Below are positions 23,234 through 33,469 of a DNA stretch of 51,095 nt, one piece after another. Source of the stretch: Ectothiorhodospiraceae bacterium (lineage in GTDB: Bacteria > Bacteroidota > Ignavibacteria > SZUA-365 > GCA-2699105); assembly GCA_002699105.1 (NCBI GenBank), contig PABJ01000026.1, forward strand, positions 1-51,095, written 5' to 3'. The first letter of the stretch is position 1; every line of letters begins with the position of its first letter. Both the position numbers and the translations under genes were made by a program. The notes under the pieces were generated by a model, which did no database searches, was not told the DNA's origin, and saw only the letters and a program-made list of their open reading frames with translations.

Positions 23234-23260
23234 ACGCCCGGGCTTCCCGGGCGTTTGTTA
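23234..23260 (+). terminator. Intrinsic terminator
   Basis: ACGCCCGGG ctt CCCGGGCGT is a 9-bp stem followed by TTGTTATT. Confidence 0.8.
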
Positions 23261-23538
23261 TTACCCCGCCGCGCTCGCCGCAATTCACTCCCCGAAAAGC
23301 GTCACAAACTTGTTGCACTGCCTGTGCTTCCTCTCGTGGTTTTCCATGTTTTTGCGATTGTTTTCTGCGATTTCGCGTCGAAATGCACGTTATGGGAATG
23401 TTACCATGAAAATAATTGCGATAAAATGCATCCGGATTGATCTCAGGCGTATCTGCAAATCGTCAATAACGACGGGCATATTGTCGGATAAGCCCATTTT
23501 TTCGCGCAAATACGCCGATTTCAGGACATTTCGCTCGT

Positions 23539-23570
23539 TTGACAATGATGAAAATTCGGGCGTACATTTG
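23539..23570 (+). promoter_or_regulatory. Promoter candidate for the downstream operon
   Basis: TTGACA (23539-44), an 18-nt spacer, then TACATT (23563-68). The -10 region also reads TAcaTTTG, the Bacteroidetes-type -7 box. It would give a leader of about 185 nt. Confidence 0.35.
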
Positions 23571-23637
23571 CGCATTCCCAAAAACAAAACCTTTACGCCG
23601 GTCCTGCCGCAATGGCTGGAAACCTGAAGAGGAGGAA

Positions 23638-23714
23638 CTGTAGATATTCACGCGAGGGATACGCGTCTACAGGCACGGCACTGAGAACAGGAATTCAATT
23701 GTCTTGCCGGGTGC
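23638..23714 (+). other. Two adjacent hairpins in the long 5' leader
   Basis: The first is CTGTAGA tattca CGCG agggata CGCG TCTACAG (23638-23672). The second pairs GCACGGCA with TGCCG(G)GTGC (23673-23714). I recognise no known riboswitch. Confidence 0.3.
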
Positions 23715-23760
23715 ATTAGCCCCCGGATAGAGATATTAAACTCATAAGGAGATCCTCTCG

Positions 23761-24600
23761 ATGAAAAATATCCTCATTGTCCTATCCGAATACGGCTTTT
23801 GGGGCGAAGAGCTGGTCGGACCGCTGGAAGTGCTGGAGGAGCGCGGATACAAGTGCGACTTCATGACACCGAACGGTGTGCGGCCGCGCGCCCTGCCCGT
23901 CAGCATGGATACGACATTTAACGATCCTCCGCTCGATCGCTGCGTGACCAACGAATACTACGCGCAGAAAACCAAAGAGATCGACGAGTCCGACCGCCTC
24001 AAGAATCCCATCAGTCTTGCCGGCTGGTTCCCCGAGCGTCCGTACTTCAGCGCACAGAACTACCTGCGCGAACTCGAGAAGTACAACGATGCAGTGGACG
24101 CCGCACAGGCAGAGCTCGAAAAGTACGATGCGCTTCTGCTCGTCGGCGGAAGCGGCCCGATTGTGGATATGGTCAATAACCAGCGTCTCCACGATGTGAT
24201 CCTCGGCTTCTACAAGATGAACAAGCCCATCGCTGCCGAGTGCTACGGCGTTACCTGCCTCGCATTTGCCCGCGACTGGTACACCCGCGAAAGCATCATC
24301 GCAGGAAAGCATGTCACAGGCCATCCGCTCGAATACGACTACCACGACGGTACCGGGTTCTTCGACGCAGCGAAGGGCGACTGGGTCGATTTCAACATGG
24401 GACCACCCCCGTATCCGCTGGAGCACATCCTCCGCGATGCCACGAAGCCGGGTGGCGCATATCACAGCGGCGTGGGCCGGAAGATCAGCGCGCTGGTGGA
24501 CTATCCGTTCATCACGAGCCGTTCGACGGCATCCTCGCGCAAGTGCGGCGAACTCATGGTGGAAGTGCTTGAAAACGGCATGAAATCGTACGGCTGGTAA
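23761..24600 (+). CDS. DJ-1/PfpI-superfamily (class I glutamine amidotransferase-like) protein, long form
   Basis: 279 aa. ..YDALLLVGGSGP...NKPIAAECYGVTCLAFA contains the nucleophile-elbow Cys. An RBS AAGGAG lies upstream. Confidence 0.7.
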   Translation: MKNILIVLSEYGFWGEELVGPLEVLEERGYKCDFMTPNGVRPRALPVSMDTTFNDPPLDRCVTNEYYAQKTKEIDESDRLKNPISLAGWFPERPYFSAQNYLRELEKYNDAVDAAQAELEKYDALLLVGGSGPIVDMVNNQRLHDVILGFYKMNKPIAAECYGVTCLAFARDWYTRESIIAGKHVTGHPLEYDYHDGTGFFDAAKGDWVDFNMGPPPYPLEHILRDATKPGGAYHSGVGRKISALVDYPFITSRSTASSRKCGELMVEVLENGMKSYGW

Positions 24601-24633
24601 TAGACCGCCGCACGAACGACGTCTGAACGATTC

Positions 24634-24668
24634 CGGCGGGAGCCCCGCGCTCCCGCCGATTTTCTCTC
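24634..24668 (+). terminator. Intrinsic terminator or attenuator after the first DJ-1 gene
   Basis: CGGCGGGAGC cccgc GCTCCCGCCG is a 10-bp stem followed by ATTTTCTCTCT. Confidence 0.6.
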
Positions 24669-24709
24669 TCAACGAGTCTGTTACATAACAATTCGCACCA
24701 AGGAGCGAC

Positions 24710-26416
24710 ATGGCCGGTAAAACTGGACGCTACGCTATTATCGAACAATTCCTCGCCGACGGCATTACGCACATGTTCGGCAATCCGGGAACGGTGGAGC
24801 AGGGTTTTCTGGATACCATCAAGGATTACCCTGAAATGAAATACATCCTCACACTGCAGGAAACCATTGCAGTGGCGATCGGGGATGGATACGCGCGTTC
24901 TACCAAGCAGCCCACAGTCGTGCAGTTGCACTCCGGCGTCGGGCTCGGCAACGGGATCGGGATGATGTACCAGGCCATGCGCGGACACGCGCCCCTCGTC
25001 GTCATCGCCGGCGAGGCGGGCATCCAGTACGATTCCATGGATGCACAGATGGCAGCCGACCTTGTTTCCATGGCGCGCCCGGTCACCAAGTGGTCGACCC
25101 GCGTGGTCGAGAAAGGCTCGCTGCTCCGCGTCCTTCGCCGCGCCATCAAGATGGCCTGCACCGCGCCGATGGGTCCGGTGTTCGTCAGCCTGCCGATGGA
25201 TATCCTTGATGCTGAAATCGAAGAGCCCATCCTCCCGACCACGCGGCCGCACACCACAGTTTCTCCGATGGATACCGACGTGACGGCGATCGCCGACATG
25301 CTGGCCAATTCCCGCAACCCGATGATCATCATGGGCGATGGTATATGCGCATCAGGTGCGCAGGCAGAGCTGGCTGAGGTCGCAGAGCTCGTCGGTGCGG
25401 AAGTCTGGGGCGCGGATAATTCCGAGGTCAACATCCCGCAGGAGCATCCGCTGTACATGGGCAACCTCGGGCATATGTTCGGCAGCCACAGCCAGGAAAT
25501 CACCACCAAGGCCGACGCCGTGCTGATCTGCGGAACCTACGTGTTCCCGGAAGTCTTCCCGGCGATGGATAATGTGTTCGCCAAGGACGCACAGGTGATG
25601 CATATCGATCTCAATGCATACGAGATCGCGAAGAATTTTAACATCGACCTCGGCGTGGTTGCCGATCCGAAGCAGACCCTACTCAAGGTCGCCAACACAT
25701 TGAAGGCCGGACTGAAAGACGACCGGAAGAAACTTGCCGCCGACAGAGTCTCGAAGATCAGCGGTGAAAAGCTTGAGACGCTCAAGCAGTTGAAGGAGCA
25801 CGACGAGTCGGTGAAGAACGATACGCCGATGCATGCAAGCGTGTTCATGAAGGCGCTCAGCGAAAAGCTCGACGACGATGCGATCATCTTCGACGAGGCG
25901 CTGACGAGTTCGCCCGAAATGACGCGCTACATCCCCGCGAACAAGCCCGGCACGTTCTTCCAGACGCGCGGCGGTTCGCTCGGCGTTGGATTCCCCGGCG
26001 CGATCGGGCTGAAGCTGGCGAATCCTGATAAGACGGTCATCGGATTCAGCGGCGATGGCGGCAGCATGTACACCATCCAGGCGATGTGGACGGCTGCGCA
26101 CCACAACGTGCCGGCGAAGTTCGTCGTCTGTAATAACCACAGCTACATGCTGCTCAAGCTGAACATCATGCAGTATTGGAAGGAGCGGGGGATCGACGAG
26201 CATGAGTTCCCTGCATCCTTCACGCTGGACGGGCCATCCATCAACTTTGCCGACCTGGCCGAGAGCATGGGCGTCAAGGCCGTCCGCGTGGAAAAACCGG
26301 AAGAAGTCCCCGCAGCGGTGGAGCAGATGCTCTCGCACGACGGGCCCTTCCTCGTCGATCTCGTTATCACGAACCACGTCCCCGGTTCAAAAATGAATTG
26401 TAAATGCGGTCAGTAA
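24710..26416 (+). CDS. Thiamine-pyrophosphate enzyme (benzoylformate decarboxylase / acetolactate synthase large-subunit family)
   Basis: 568 aa. The N-terminal Pyr domain reads ..DGITHMFGNPGTVEQGF.. The TPP motif is GDGGSMYTIQAMWTAAHHNVPAKFVVCNNHSY. Confidence 0.85.
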   Translation: MAGKTGRYAIIEQFLADGITHMFGNPGTVEQGFLDTIKDYPEMKYILTLQETIAVAIGDGYARSTKQPTVVQLHSGVGLGNGIGMMYQAMRGHAPLVVIAGEAGIQYDSMDAQMAADLVSMARPVTKWSTRVVEKGSLLRVLRRAIKMACTAPMGPVFVSLPMDILDAEIEEPILPTTRPHTTVSPMDTDVTAIADMLANSRNPMIIMGDGICASGAQAELAEVAELVGAEVWGADNSEVNIPQEHPLYMGNLGHMFGSHSQEITTKADAVLICGTYVFPEVFPAMDNVFAKDAQVMHIDLNAYEIAKNFNIDLGVVADPKQTLLKVANTLKAGLKDDRKKLAADRVSKISGEKLETLKQLKEHDESVKNDTPMHASVFMKALSEKLDDDAIIFDEALTSSPEMTRYIPANKPGTFFQTRGGSLGVGFPGAIGLKLANPDKTVIGFSGDGGSMYTIQAMWTAAHHNVPAKFVVCNNHSYMLLKLNIMQYWKERGIDEHEFPASFTLDGPSINFADLAESMGVKAVRVEKPEEVPAAVEQMLSHDGPFLVDLVITNHVPGSKMNCKCGQ

Positions 26417-26438
26417 TCCAGGAAAGGGAAGTACGCAA

Positions 26439-27293
26439 ATGATATTACTTGTAGGCGCTTCGGGAAATGTAGGAAAAGAAGTACTCCGCCAGTTAAGCGC
26501 AAGCGGCAGAGACCTCCGTGCCACAGTGCGCGATGAAAGCAAGGCTGCCGACATGCGCAATGCAGGCGCCGAGCCTGTCGTTGCAGATATGAGCGACCCG
26601 GCATCGCTGGGCAAGGCGCTGGAAGGCGTCGAGGCAGTGTTCGTATCCACCACCGCCACACCGACGATGACCGACGACCAGATTAACCTCGTCAACGCAG
26701 CGAAGGCTGCGGGCGTGAAGCGGTTCGTCAAGCTCTCGGTCGCAAAGGCAGACCAGGAAGGCTGCATTTACGCAAGGTGGCATCACCCGGTTGAGAAGGC
26801 CATCATGGATTCCGGCATGAGCTATACCATCCTGCGCCCGAACGGGTTCATGCAGAACTTCATCATGAATGCCGGCACGATCCAGTCCGATAGCGCCATC
26901 TATGCGCCGGTCGGCGAAGGCAAGGTCAGCTTCGTGGATATCCGCGATGTCGCCGAGGTTGCAGCGAAGGCGCTCACCGAAGCATCGCACGAAAACACCG
27001 TGTACGAACTCACCGGACCTGCCGCACTGAGTCACGGCGAGATTGCATCCATCATCGGCAAGGCAATCGGCAAGGATGTGAACTACGTCCCGATCAGCGA
27101 CGAGCAGGCGCACGAAGTATTCATGAGCTGGGGCATCGGCCAATGGTTCGCCGACGCGCTGCTTGATCTCTTCGTGTTCTACCGCGGCAACAACATGGAT
27201 CACGTTGCAGACGACTTCACGAAGGTGACCGGGCATAAGCCGCGGTCGATGGAGACGTTTGCGAACGATTTCGCCGCCGCGTTCAAAGGCTGA
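26439..27293 (+). CDS. NmrA-family NAD(P)-binding protein
   Basis: 284 aa with a Rossmann N-terminus MILLVGASGNVGKEVLRQL. The length and motifs are NmrA/atypical-SDR-like. Confidence 0.8.
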   Translation: MILLVGASGNVGKEVLRQLSASGRDLRATVRDESKAADMRNAGAEPVVADMSDPASLGKALEGVEAVFVSTTATPTMTDDQINLVNAAKAAGVKRFVKLSVAKADQEGCIYARWHHPVEKAIMDSGMSYTILRPNGFMQNFIMNAGTIQSDSAIYAPVGEGKVSFVDIRDVAEVAAKALTEASHENTVYELTGPAALSHGEIASIIGKAIGKDVNYVPISDEQAHEVFMSWGIGQWFADALLDLFVFYRGNNMDHVADDFTKVTGHKPRSMETFANDFAAAFKG

Positions 27294-27341
27294 AAGCAGA
27301 ATTTCAAACAGTAACATTTCATCGAAGATAGAGGAGTCACT

Positions 27342-27785
27342 ATGAGCGATCTCGCTCCACTCACACAGGAAGAAGTCAAAAATATGGCCGTCGAATGGTA
27401 CAAGAAGCTCGACGTGCATGCGCCGATGGTCGAGATTCTGCCGATGCTCAACGACGGCGATCTCGAGATGGTGTTCCCCGAGGCCACGCTGCACGGCCTG
27501 GCAGCATTTGAAGGCTGGTACCAGGGCGTTATCCGGATTTTCTTCGACGAAGAACACGAAGTCACCGAATGCGCAGTCGCCGTGAACGGCACTGTCGCCG
27601 AAGTGAAGATCGTGGTGCGCTGGGCAGCCAGCCGCTGGAATCCGCCCGCACGCTACAGCGACCGCATCGTGCTTGATGCATACCAGACCTGGACGGTAAA
27701 GCGCCACGAGAAGACGGGGCTGCCGGTCGTGACCAAGTACACGGTCGATAGGCTCGAATACCAGGAAGGCTCCGCGAAGCTCTAA
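27342..27785 (+). CDS. NTF2/SnoaL-like fold protein
   Basis: 147 aa. The size and secondary-structure-type pattern (..VEWYKKLD......EVKIVVRW...LDAYQTWTVKR) are typical of NTF2-like cone-fold proteins. Confidence 0.55.
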   Translation: MSDLAPLTQEEVKNMAVEWYKKLDVHAPMVEILPMLNDGDLEMVFPEATLHGLAAFEGWYQGVIRIFFDEEHEVTECAVAVNGTVAEVKIVVRWAASRWNPPARYSDRIVLDAYQTWTVKRHEKTGLPVVTKYTVDRLEYQEGSAKL

Positions 27786-27831
27786 GCGGCAACGATACAA
27801 CGATATTTATCCCAACTCATAAGGAAGAACT

Positions 27832-28698
27832 ATGTCTGCTGCAAATATCCGTACCGCCCGCAGGTACTTCAAAGAGATCATGAATCTCAACAACCGCGAG
27901 ACCATGAACGAAATCCTGGCTCCGGACTTTGTGTTCACGCTCCCCACGCATCCCGATCCGTACCGCGGCCCGGACGGGTTCTCCGAACTCGTCGGCATGC
28001 TCCACGGCTGCTTCCCGGATTTCTACATGCACGTCCACGATATGGTAGCCAACGGCGATACGGTTGTCGCGCGCTGGCGCGGCGGCGGCACCCATGAAGG
28101 CGTGCCCTTGCACACCATCCAGGGCGATCTGCCCGCAAACGGCCGTTCCTTCGAGATCGACGGGATGAGCTGGATGCAGTTCAAGGACGGCAAGATCGTG
28201 GAAGTGAAAGGCAACGAGGACACCGTCGGTCTGCTGATGCAGCTCGGCCACATCCCGGCACCGGACCAGCCGGCGCAGCCTTCCGGCGATGAGCTTATTG
28301 CCGTCACACACCGCTACTTCGAAGAAGTCATGAGCGGCGGCAAGCTGGACGTAATTCCCGAGATCATGGACGAAAATGTGCAGTTCATCATCCCGACGCA
28401 GCCCGAGCCGTTCCGCGGCCACGAAGGACTGACGGGATTCGTGGGCTATCTGCGAAGCGCTTTCCCGGACATCAAGTTCGAGGTCGAGCGCGAAGTCGCA
28501 TCCGGCAACAAGGTCGCCAGCCGCTGGCACATCACCGGAACGCACGAAGGCGAATTCCTCGGCGCACCGCCGACGGGCAACAAGATCTCGGACTACGGCG
28601 TGGATATCTTCACGTTCAAGGGCAACAAGATCCTGACGATCCATGTGAACGAGAACGACTTCGGTCTGATGCAGCAATTGGGGATGATCCCCTCGTAA
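27832..28698 (+). CDS. Tandem (2x) SnoaL-type 'ester cyclase' protein
   Basis: 288 aa. Both halves carry the pattern ..RYF.E(I/V)M......E(I)(L/M).....F..P..P.P(Y/F)RG.(D/E)G......L...FPD.......(M/E)VA.G(D/N).VA.RW...GTHEG...G......... The first half ends in LLMQLG and the second in LMQQLG. Confidence 0.75.
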   Translation: MSAANIRTARRYFKEIMNLNNRETMNEILAPDFVFTLPTHPDPYRGPDGFSELVGMLHGCFPDFYMHVHDMVANGDTVVARWRGGGTHEGVPLHTIQGDLPANGRSFEIDGMSWMQFKDGKIVEVKGNEDTVGLLMQLGHIPAPDQPAQPSGDELIAVTHRYFEEVMSGGKLDVIPEIMDENVQFIIPTQPEPFRGHEGLTGFVGYLRSAFPDIKFEVEREVASGNKVASRWHITGTHEGEFLGAPPTGNKISDYGVDIFTFKGNKILTIHVNENDFGLMQQLGMIPS

Positions 28699-28816
28699 CG
28701 CTTTCTGCGATAGCCGTCCCGCATCGGCGGGGCGGCGCATCGCACGCTTTCGGCCAAGTTCCCTGCGCGTGTCCCGAGCCTATCATGCGCGTTTCAAGAG
28801 TCATCGAAATACCTAC

Positions 28817-30337
28817 ATGAACATAGACTTTCACATAGCATCCCGGCTGCGCAGTTTCACATCGGCAGTGATGTGCGCAGCGTTTCTGCTGTCTTCTACC
28901 GCCTTCGCCGAGCGCCCCGACCCGGCCAACGACGAGAGTACCCACGAAGCGGATACCGTCGCCGTTGCACCGCAGCCGCAGGCCGAAGGCAAGCCGAAGA
29001 TGTCCCGCGCGGTCAATATCCACTGCCTGCGCGCATTCAAAAAGCCGACCTTTCTCCCGCAAGGCGACCAGGACGATCTCTGGGAACGCGACTTCCTCAC
29101 CGGATGGTGGGGCGGCGTGCGCAGCGATCTGTGGGATAACGGAATCGAGTTCGTTGCTGCAATGATCTGGGAAACCTACAACAACGTTGGCGGAGTGAAC
29201 CAGGGATTTTTCGGCGGCGGCGATCCGAAGACGGGCTGGGCGCAGTTCAGCATCCTCATCGCCAGCTTCGATATCCAGACCGGCGAAGCCGGACTCTGGC
29301 ACGGCGGTATGATCCACTTGACGACCGCAATGACGAACGGCGAGAGCATGGCGTATGAATTCGCCGGCAATCTCAACCCGAACTACTACTACGATAATTC
29401 GTTCGCCGACTACTTCAAGGTCTTCGAGATGTTCTACGAGCAGAAGATCCTCGAAGATAAGTTCGCGATCCGGTTCGGGCAGATATACCCGTACGTGCTG
29501 ATAGGCGCATGCCCCACGGGCTGCGCGCTGATGAACGGCTCGTTCCATTACCCGACCTACATCGGATCGAGCCTGTTCCGCACCTCCGACGGCAGGGCAT
29601 ACGGCCAGGGCCTCGGCCCGGCATTCATTGCCGCGCCGCTTGGGCTTCACCTCCGCTACGATCCCAGCCGCGCATGGCGCGCGATCCTGCAGGTCAACGA
29701 CGGTCACGTCGATCCGAGCGGCGGGCGCTTCCTCGATAACGAGCACGGCCTGAATCCCGTCATCAAGGACGAGGAAGGCTACGAGATCATCGGGCATCTG
29801 AGCCACAACACGAACACGCGCCCCGAAGACGAAGGTCTGCCGGGCACCTACACCGTCGGTTTCCAGGCGCATACCGGAACCTTCGGGCACAAGTTCGCGA
29901 CCGAAAGCGGCGAGCCCGTCCTCGTGGACGGCAACCACATGTTCTTCGCCATCGGCGAGCAGAAGATCTTCGAAGGCCAGGCAAAGGTGAAGGAGATTTC
30001 CGTATTCGGCAAGCTGATGGTGGCGCCGGGAGATATCAACCTGGTGACATCGAACACCGCCCTCGGCATCAGCGCCAAGGGCTTCCTGTTCGGCAGGTCG
30101 AAGGACTACCTGACGGTGGGGTATTCGCGGACGGAGTTCGGCGATGCCTACGTGCAGGCAGTTGCAAGCGGCGGCGGCCGTGTCGTCCCCGAGCAGGTCA
30201 TCGAAGCGACCTACTCCGCGTACTTCTCGCCCTGGCTGCTTCTCCGGCCCGGTATCCAATGGGTGATGAACCCGTTCGGCAACGACATCGGTGAAGATCC
30301 GTTCATCATCGGAATGAGCACACGAATTTCGCTATAA
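28817..30337 (+). CDS. OprB-family (carbohydrate-selective) porin
   Basis: I chose ATG 28817, which gives MNIDFHIASRLRSFTSAVMCAAFLLSSTAFAE. DLWERDFLTGWWGGVRSDLWDNGIEFVAAMIWE matches the OprB N-terminal motif as I remember it (LTGDWGG.R..L...G). Confidence 0.7.
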   Translation: MNIDFHIASRLRSFTSAVMCAAFLLSSTAFAERPDPANDESTHEADTVAVAPQPQAEGKPKMSRAVNIHCLRAFKKPTFLPQGDQDDLWERDFLTGWWGGVRSDLWDNGIEFVAAMIWETYNNVGGVNQGFFGGGDPKTGWAQFSILIASFDIQTGEAGLWHGGMIHLTTAMTNGESMAYEFAGNLNPNYYYDNSFADYFKVFEMFYEQKILEDKFAIRFGQIYPYVLIGACPTGCALMNGSFHYPTYIGSSLFRTSDGRAYGQGLGPAFIAAPLGLHLRYDPSRAWRAILQVNDGHVDPSGGRFLDNEHGLNPVIKDEEGYEIIGHLSHNTNTRPEDEGLPGTYTVGFQAHTGTFGHKFATESGEPVLVDGNHMFFAIGEQKIFEGQAKVKEISVFGKLMVAPGDINLVTSNTALGISAKGFLFGRSKDYLTVGYSRTEFGDAYVQAVASGGGRVVPEQVIEATYSAYFSPWLLLRPGIQWVMNPFGNDIGEDPFIIGMSTRISL

Positions 30338-30386
30338 CATGAGCTTCAAACATTTACACATTTCATCACTTTTATCGGAGTTACAC

Positions 30387-30947
30387 ATGAAGAAGCAATT
30401 CGCACTGTTAGCGTTTGCATTCGTTATCGCATTCACCGGCTGCCAGCAGCAGGATCAGGAAGCGATGAAGATGAAAGAGCAGGAGGAAGCGAATAAAGCC
30501 GCTGCCACCCGCTTGTTCGAAACCGCCTGGAACACCGGCGATTTCACCGTGATCGACGAACTTATCCCCGCCGATGCGAACGACCATGCAAGCCTGCCGG
30601 GCAAGGAGCCTGAGAAGGGTCCGGAAAGCTTCAAGAAAATCATCGGTATGTTCCGCGGCGCCATGCCTGATACCAAGATGACGATCCTCGATGAATTCGC
30701 AGAAGGCGATAAGGTCGTTCACCGCTGGTTCATCGAAGGCACGCACACCGGCGATCCGCTCTTCGGCGTTCCGCCCTCCGGCAACCCCGTGCGCTTCGGC
30801 GGCATCACGATCGTCCGCATTGAAGACGGCATGGTCATGGACCGCTGGTCGCAGGTCGATCAGTTGGCGATTCTCCAGCAGCTCGGCCTCGTTCCGCCGA
30901 TGGGTCCGCCGCCGGCAGAAGACGGTGCAGAGGACGCAGAAGGTTAA
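30387..30947 (+). CDS. Lipoprotein form of a SnoaL-type ester cyclase
   Basis: I chose ATG 30387, which gives MKKQFALLAFAFVIAFTGC with a lipobox. The domain reads ..ATRLFETAWNTGDF...GAMPDTKMTILDEFAEGDKVVHRWFIEGTHTGDPLFGVPPSGNPV...LAILQQLG. Confidence 0.75.
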   Translation: MKKQFALLAFAFVIAFTGCQQQDQEAMKMKEQEEANKAAATRLFETAWNTGDFTVIDELIPADANDHASLPGKEPEKGPESFKKIIGMFRGAMPDTKMTILDEFAEGDKVVHRWFIEGTHTGDPLFGVPPSGNPVRFGGITIVRIEDGMVMDRWSQVDQLAILQQLGLVPPMGPPPAEDGAEDAEG

Positions 30948-30990
30948 TCAGCGGTATTCGAATCACATTTAGCACAAGGAAGGTAGAGGC

Positions 30991-31821
30991 ATGAGCCACG
31001 CTCCCGACACCACCCTCGGAAACATGTACAAGGAACACATCGGCTTCATCAAGGCGAAGAACGTCGAGGGCATACTCAACCAGTACGCCGAAGACGCGCT
31101 CCTTATCGGAACGCTGACGCCCGACAGGAAGCCGGTGTACATCCGCGGACGCGATCAGCTCCGGGAATTCTTCACGAACAACTTCATGAACCTCAAGGAT
31201 CTCAACGTCGATCTCACCCAATGGGCCGAAGATAAAGACCGCTTGATGATCGTCGAGGAAGTGGAGGTTATCGGCGCGGACGATTCCAAAGCGAACATGC
31301 GCTTTTACGATAACTGGTTCCTGAAGGACGGACAGATCAAGATTCACTTTGCGGGCGTTGTGCGCTACCCCGACGGCACCTATGCCGACGGCACGGGCTT
31401 CCCGGAAGGCGAAGCGCCGCCGAAATCCGAGCCGCCCGACTCTCCGCTCGGCAATCTCTACAAGGAACACATCGGCTTCATCCATGAAAAGAACGTCGAA
31501 GGCATCCTCAACCAGTACGACGAAAACGCCCTGCTTATCGGTACGCTGACAGAGGGCAGGAAGCCGCGCTTCGTGCGCGGACGCGACGAACTGCGCGAGT
31601 TCTTCAACGGCAACTTCATGGGGCTGAAAGACCTCGATACGAAAATCGATCAGTGGGCGGAGACCGAAAACACGCTCATGATGGTCGAGAGCATCGACCT
31701 TGAGACGATCGACGGGCAGAAGATCAACACGAGCTTCTACGATAACTGGGTGCTCGAAAACGGCAAGATCATCATGCATTACGCCGGAGTGGTGCGCTAC
31801 CCCGACGGCAGCTACGCATAA
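30991..31821 (+). CDS. Tandem (2x) NTF2/SnoaL-like protein
   Basis: 276 aa. Both halves begin LGN(M/L)YKEHIGFI..KNVEGILNQY.E.ALLIGTLT and end AGVVRYPDG(T/S)YA. Confidence 0.65.
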   Translation: MSHAPDTTLGNMYKEHIGFIKAKNVEGILNQYAEDALLIGTLTPDRKPVYIRGRDQLREFFTNNFMNLKDLNVDLTQWAEDKDRLMIVEEVEVIGADDSKANMRFYDNWFLKDGQIKIHFAGVVRYPDGTYADGTGFPEGEAPPKSEPPDSPLGNLYKEHIGFIHEKNVEGILNQYDENALLIGTLTEGRKPRFVRGRDELREFFNGNFMGLKDLDTKIDQWAETENTLMMVESIDLETIDGQKINTSFYDNWVLENGKIIMHYAGVVRYPDGSYA

Positions 31822-31922
31822 TTCGGCAAGCGGTTACGGCGCGCACTGCGCGCCGCCGCTTCCAGCCGGATCGATGACCGACACAGACGACGAACGAATT
31901 CTTTCAAACAGGAGCGAATACA

Positions 31923-33446
31923 GTGCATCATCATTTTGATTATATCATCGTCGGCGGCGGATCGGCAGGGTGTATCCTCGCAGCACGGTTAAGCGAGGAC
32001 CCGAACGTGAACGTCCTTCTGCTCGAAGCCGGCGGAACGGAGATCCCTGAAACAGTAGAAAATCCCGCTACATGGTATATGACCTGGGGCGGCGATATCG
32101 ATTGGAACTACCAGACAGTACCGCAGCCCGGCCTCGACGGGCGGCAGACATTCGAACCGCGCGGCAAGATTATCGGCGGAAGTTCCTGCCTCAACCTGAT
32201 GATGTACATCCGGGGCAGCCAGGAAGACTACGATAACTGGGCATACAACGGCGCACCCGGCTGGGGCTACGACGACATGCTCCCGTTCTTCCAGCGCGTG
32301 GAAAACCAGGACGACGATTCCAGTCCGTGGGCGGGGCACCAGGGTCCTTTCGCCGTGAACACCGCGGCAGCGAACCCGAACCCGACCTCCGCGGCATTTA
32401 TCGACGCCTGCCTCGAACTCGGCTACCCATGGACGGACGATGTCAACGGCCCGCAGATGGAAGGCGTGAGTTGGCACCACATCAACGTGAAGAACGGCAA
32501 GCGCGACAGCCTCGCGACATCGTACCTCTTCCCGGTACTCAAGCGCCCCAATCTCACGCTCGAATCGCAGGCGCATGCGATGAACCTCATCTTCGACGGC
32601 AAACGCTGCGTCGGAGTGAAGTACAGCCAGAACTTCGAGGAGAAGGAAGTGCGCTGCAACCGCGAGGTTATCGTCGCCGCAGGCGCGATGGGTTCGCCGC
32701 AATTGCTCATGCTCTCCGGCGTCGGCAATCCTGAGCACCTGAAGGAGCACGGCATCCATGTGCACCACGAACTGCCGGGCGTCGGCGAGAACTTCCACAA
32801 CCACGTCCTGACGGGCGTGACGTACGAATGCGGTCCGCAGGTTCCGCCCCCGACGCAGAATATGAGCGAGGCCGTGATGTACACGACGTCGTTCCCCGGT
32901 TGGGTCGGCCCCGATCTTCAGATTGCGTTCGTGCATGCATCGTTCGATATCATCATCGGGCAGGCGCACCCGAACTCCATCAGCATTGTGCCCGGTCTCA
33001 CGCGGCCGATGTCGCGCGGCTGGGTCCGCCTGAACAGCAGCGATCCGTTCGATAAGCCGCTGATCAATCCGAACTACCTCGCAGTGAAGGCCGATCTCGA
33101 CCGGCTTATCCGCGCAATCGAGATTGCGCGCGAGATATTCGGCTCCGAGGCAATGAGCGACTGGGTGACCCAGGAACTCCTCCCCGGACCGGACAAGAAA
33201 ACTTACGAGCAGCTCGCTGCCTACGTGAAGTCCAAAGCGGATAGCTACCACCACCAGTGCGGTTCCTGCAAGATGGGACTCGACGATATGGCAGTGGTCG
33301 ATCCCGAGCTTCGCGTACATGGCGTGGACGGGCTCCGCGTTATCGACGCCAGCATTATGCCGACCGTGACGTCGGGCAATATCCATGCTGCCGTCCTCGC
33401 AATCGCAGAAAAAGGCGCGCATCTCATCAAAACCGCCAACAGTTAA
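31923..33446 (+). CDS. GMC-family FAD oxidoreductase (choline-dehydrogenase-like)
   Basis: The GTG start lies behind AGGAG. Motifs are [42 protein letters not shown] and the C-terminal [10 protein letters not shown]...RVIDASIMP. Confidence 0.9.
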   Translation: MHHHFDYIIVGGGSAGCILAARLSEDPNVNVLLLEAGGTEIPETVENPATWYMTWGGDIDWNYQTVPQPGLDGRQTFEPRGKIIGGSSCLNLMMYIRGSQEDYDNWAYNGAPGWGYDDMLPFFQRVENQDDDSSPWAGHQGPFAVNTAAANPNPTSAAFIDACLELGYPWTDDVNGPQMEGVSWHHINVKNGKRDSLATSYLFPVLKRPNLTLESQAHAMNLIFDGKRCVGVKYSQNFEEKEVRCNREVIVAAGAMGSPQLLMLSGVGNPEHLKEHGIHVHHELPGVGENFHNHVLTGVTYECGPQVPPPTQNMSEAVMYTTSFPGWVGPDLQIAFVHASFDIIIGQAHPNSISIVPGLTRPMSRGWVRLNSSDPFDKPLINPNYLAVKADLDRLIRAIEIAREIFGSEAMSDWVTQELLPGPDKKTYEQLAAYVKSKADSYHHQCGSCKMGLDDMAVVDPELRVHGVDGLRVIDASIMPTVTSGNIHAAVLAIAEKGAHLIKTANS

Positions 33447-33469
33447 CAGTAGTACGAAAGGGGGCCTTT

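Noticed and set aside
23673-23714. ACTGAGAA in a leader hairpin, reminiscent of the THI-box (TPP riboswitch) CTGAGA core, upstream of an operon containing a TPP enzyme.
   Set aside because: The other conserved THI-box elements are absent: the GGGG..ACCC helix and the ACCTGATCTGGATAATGCCAGCG-type 3' half.
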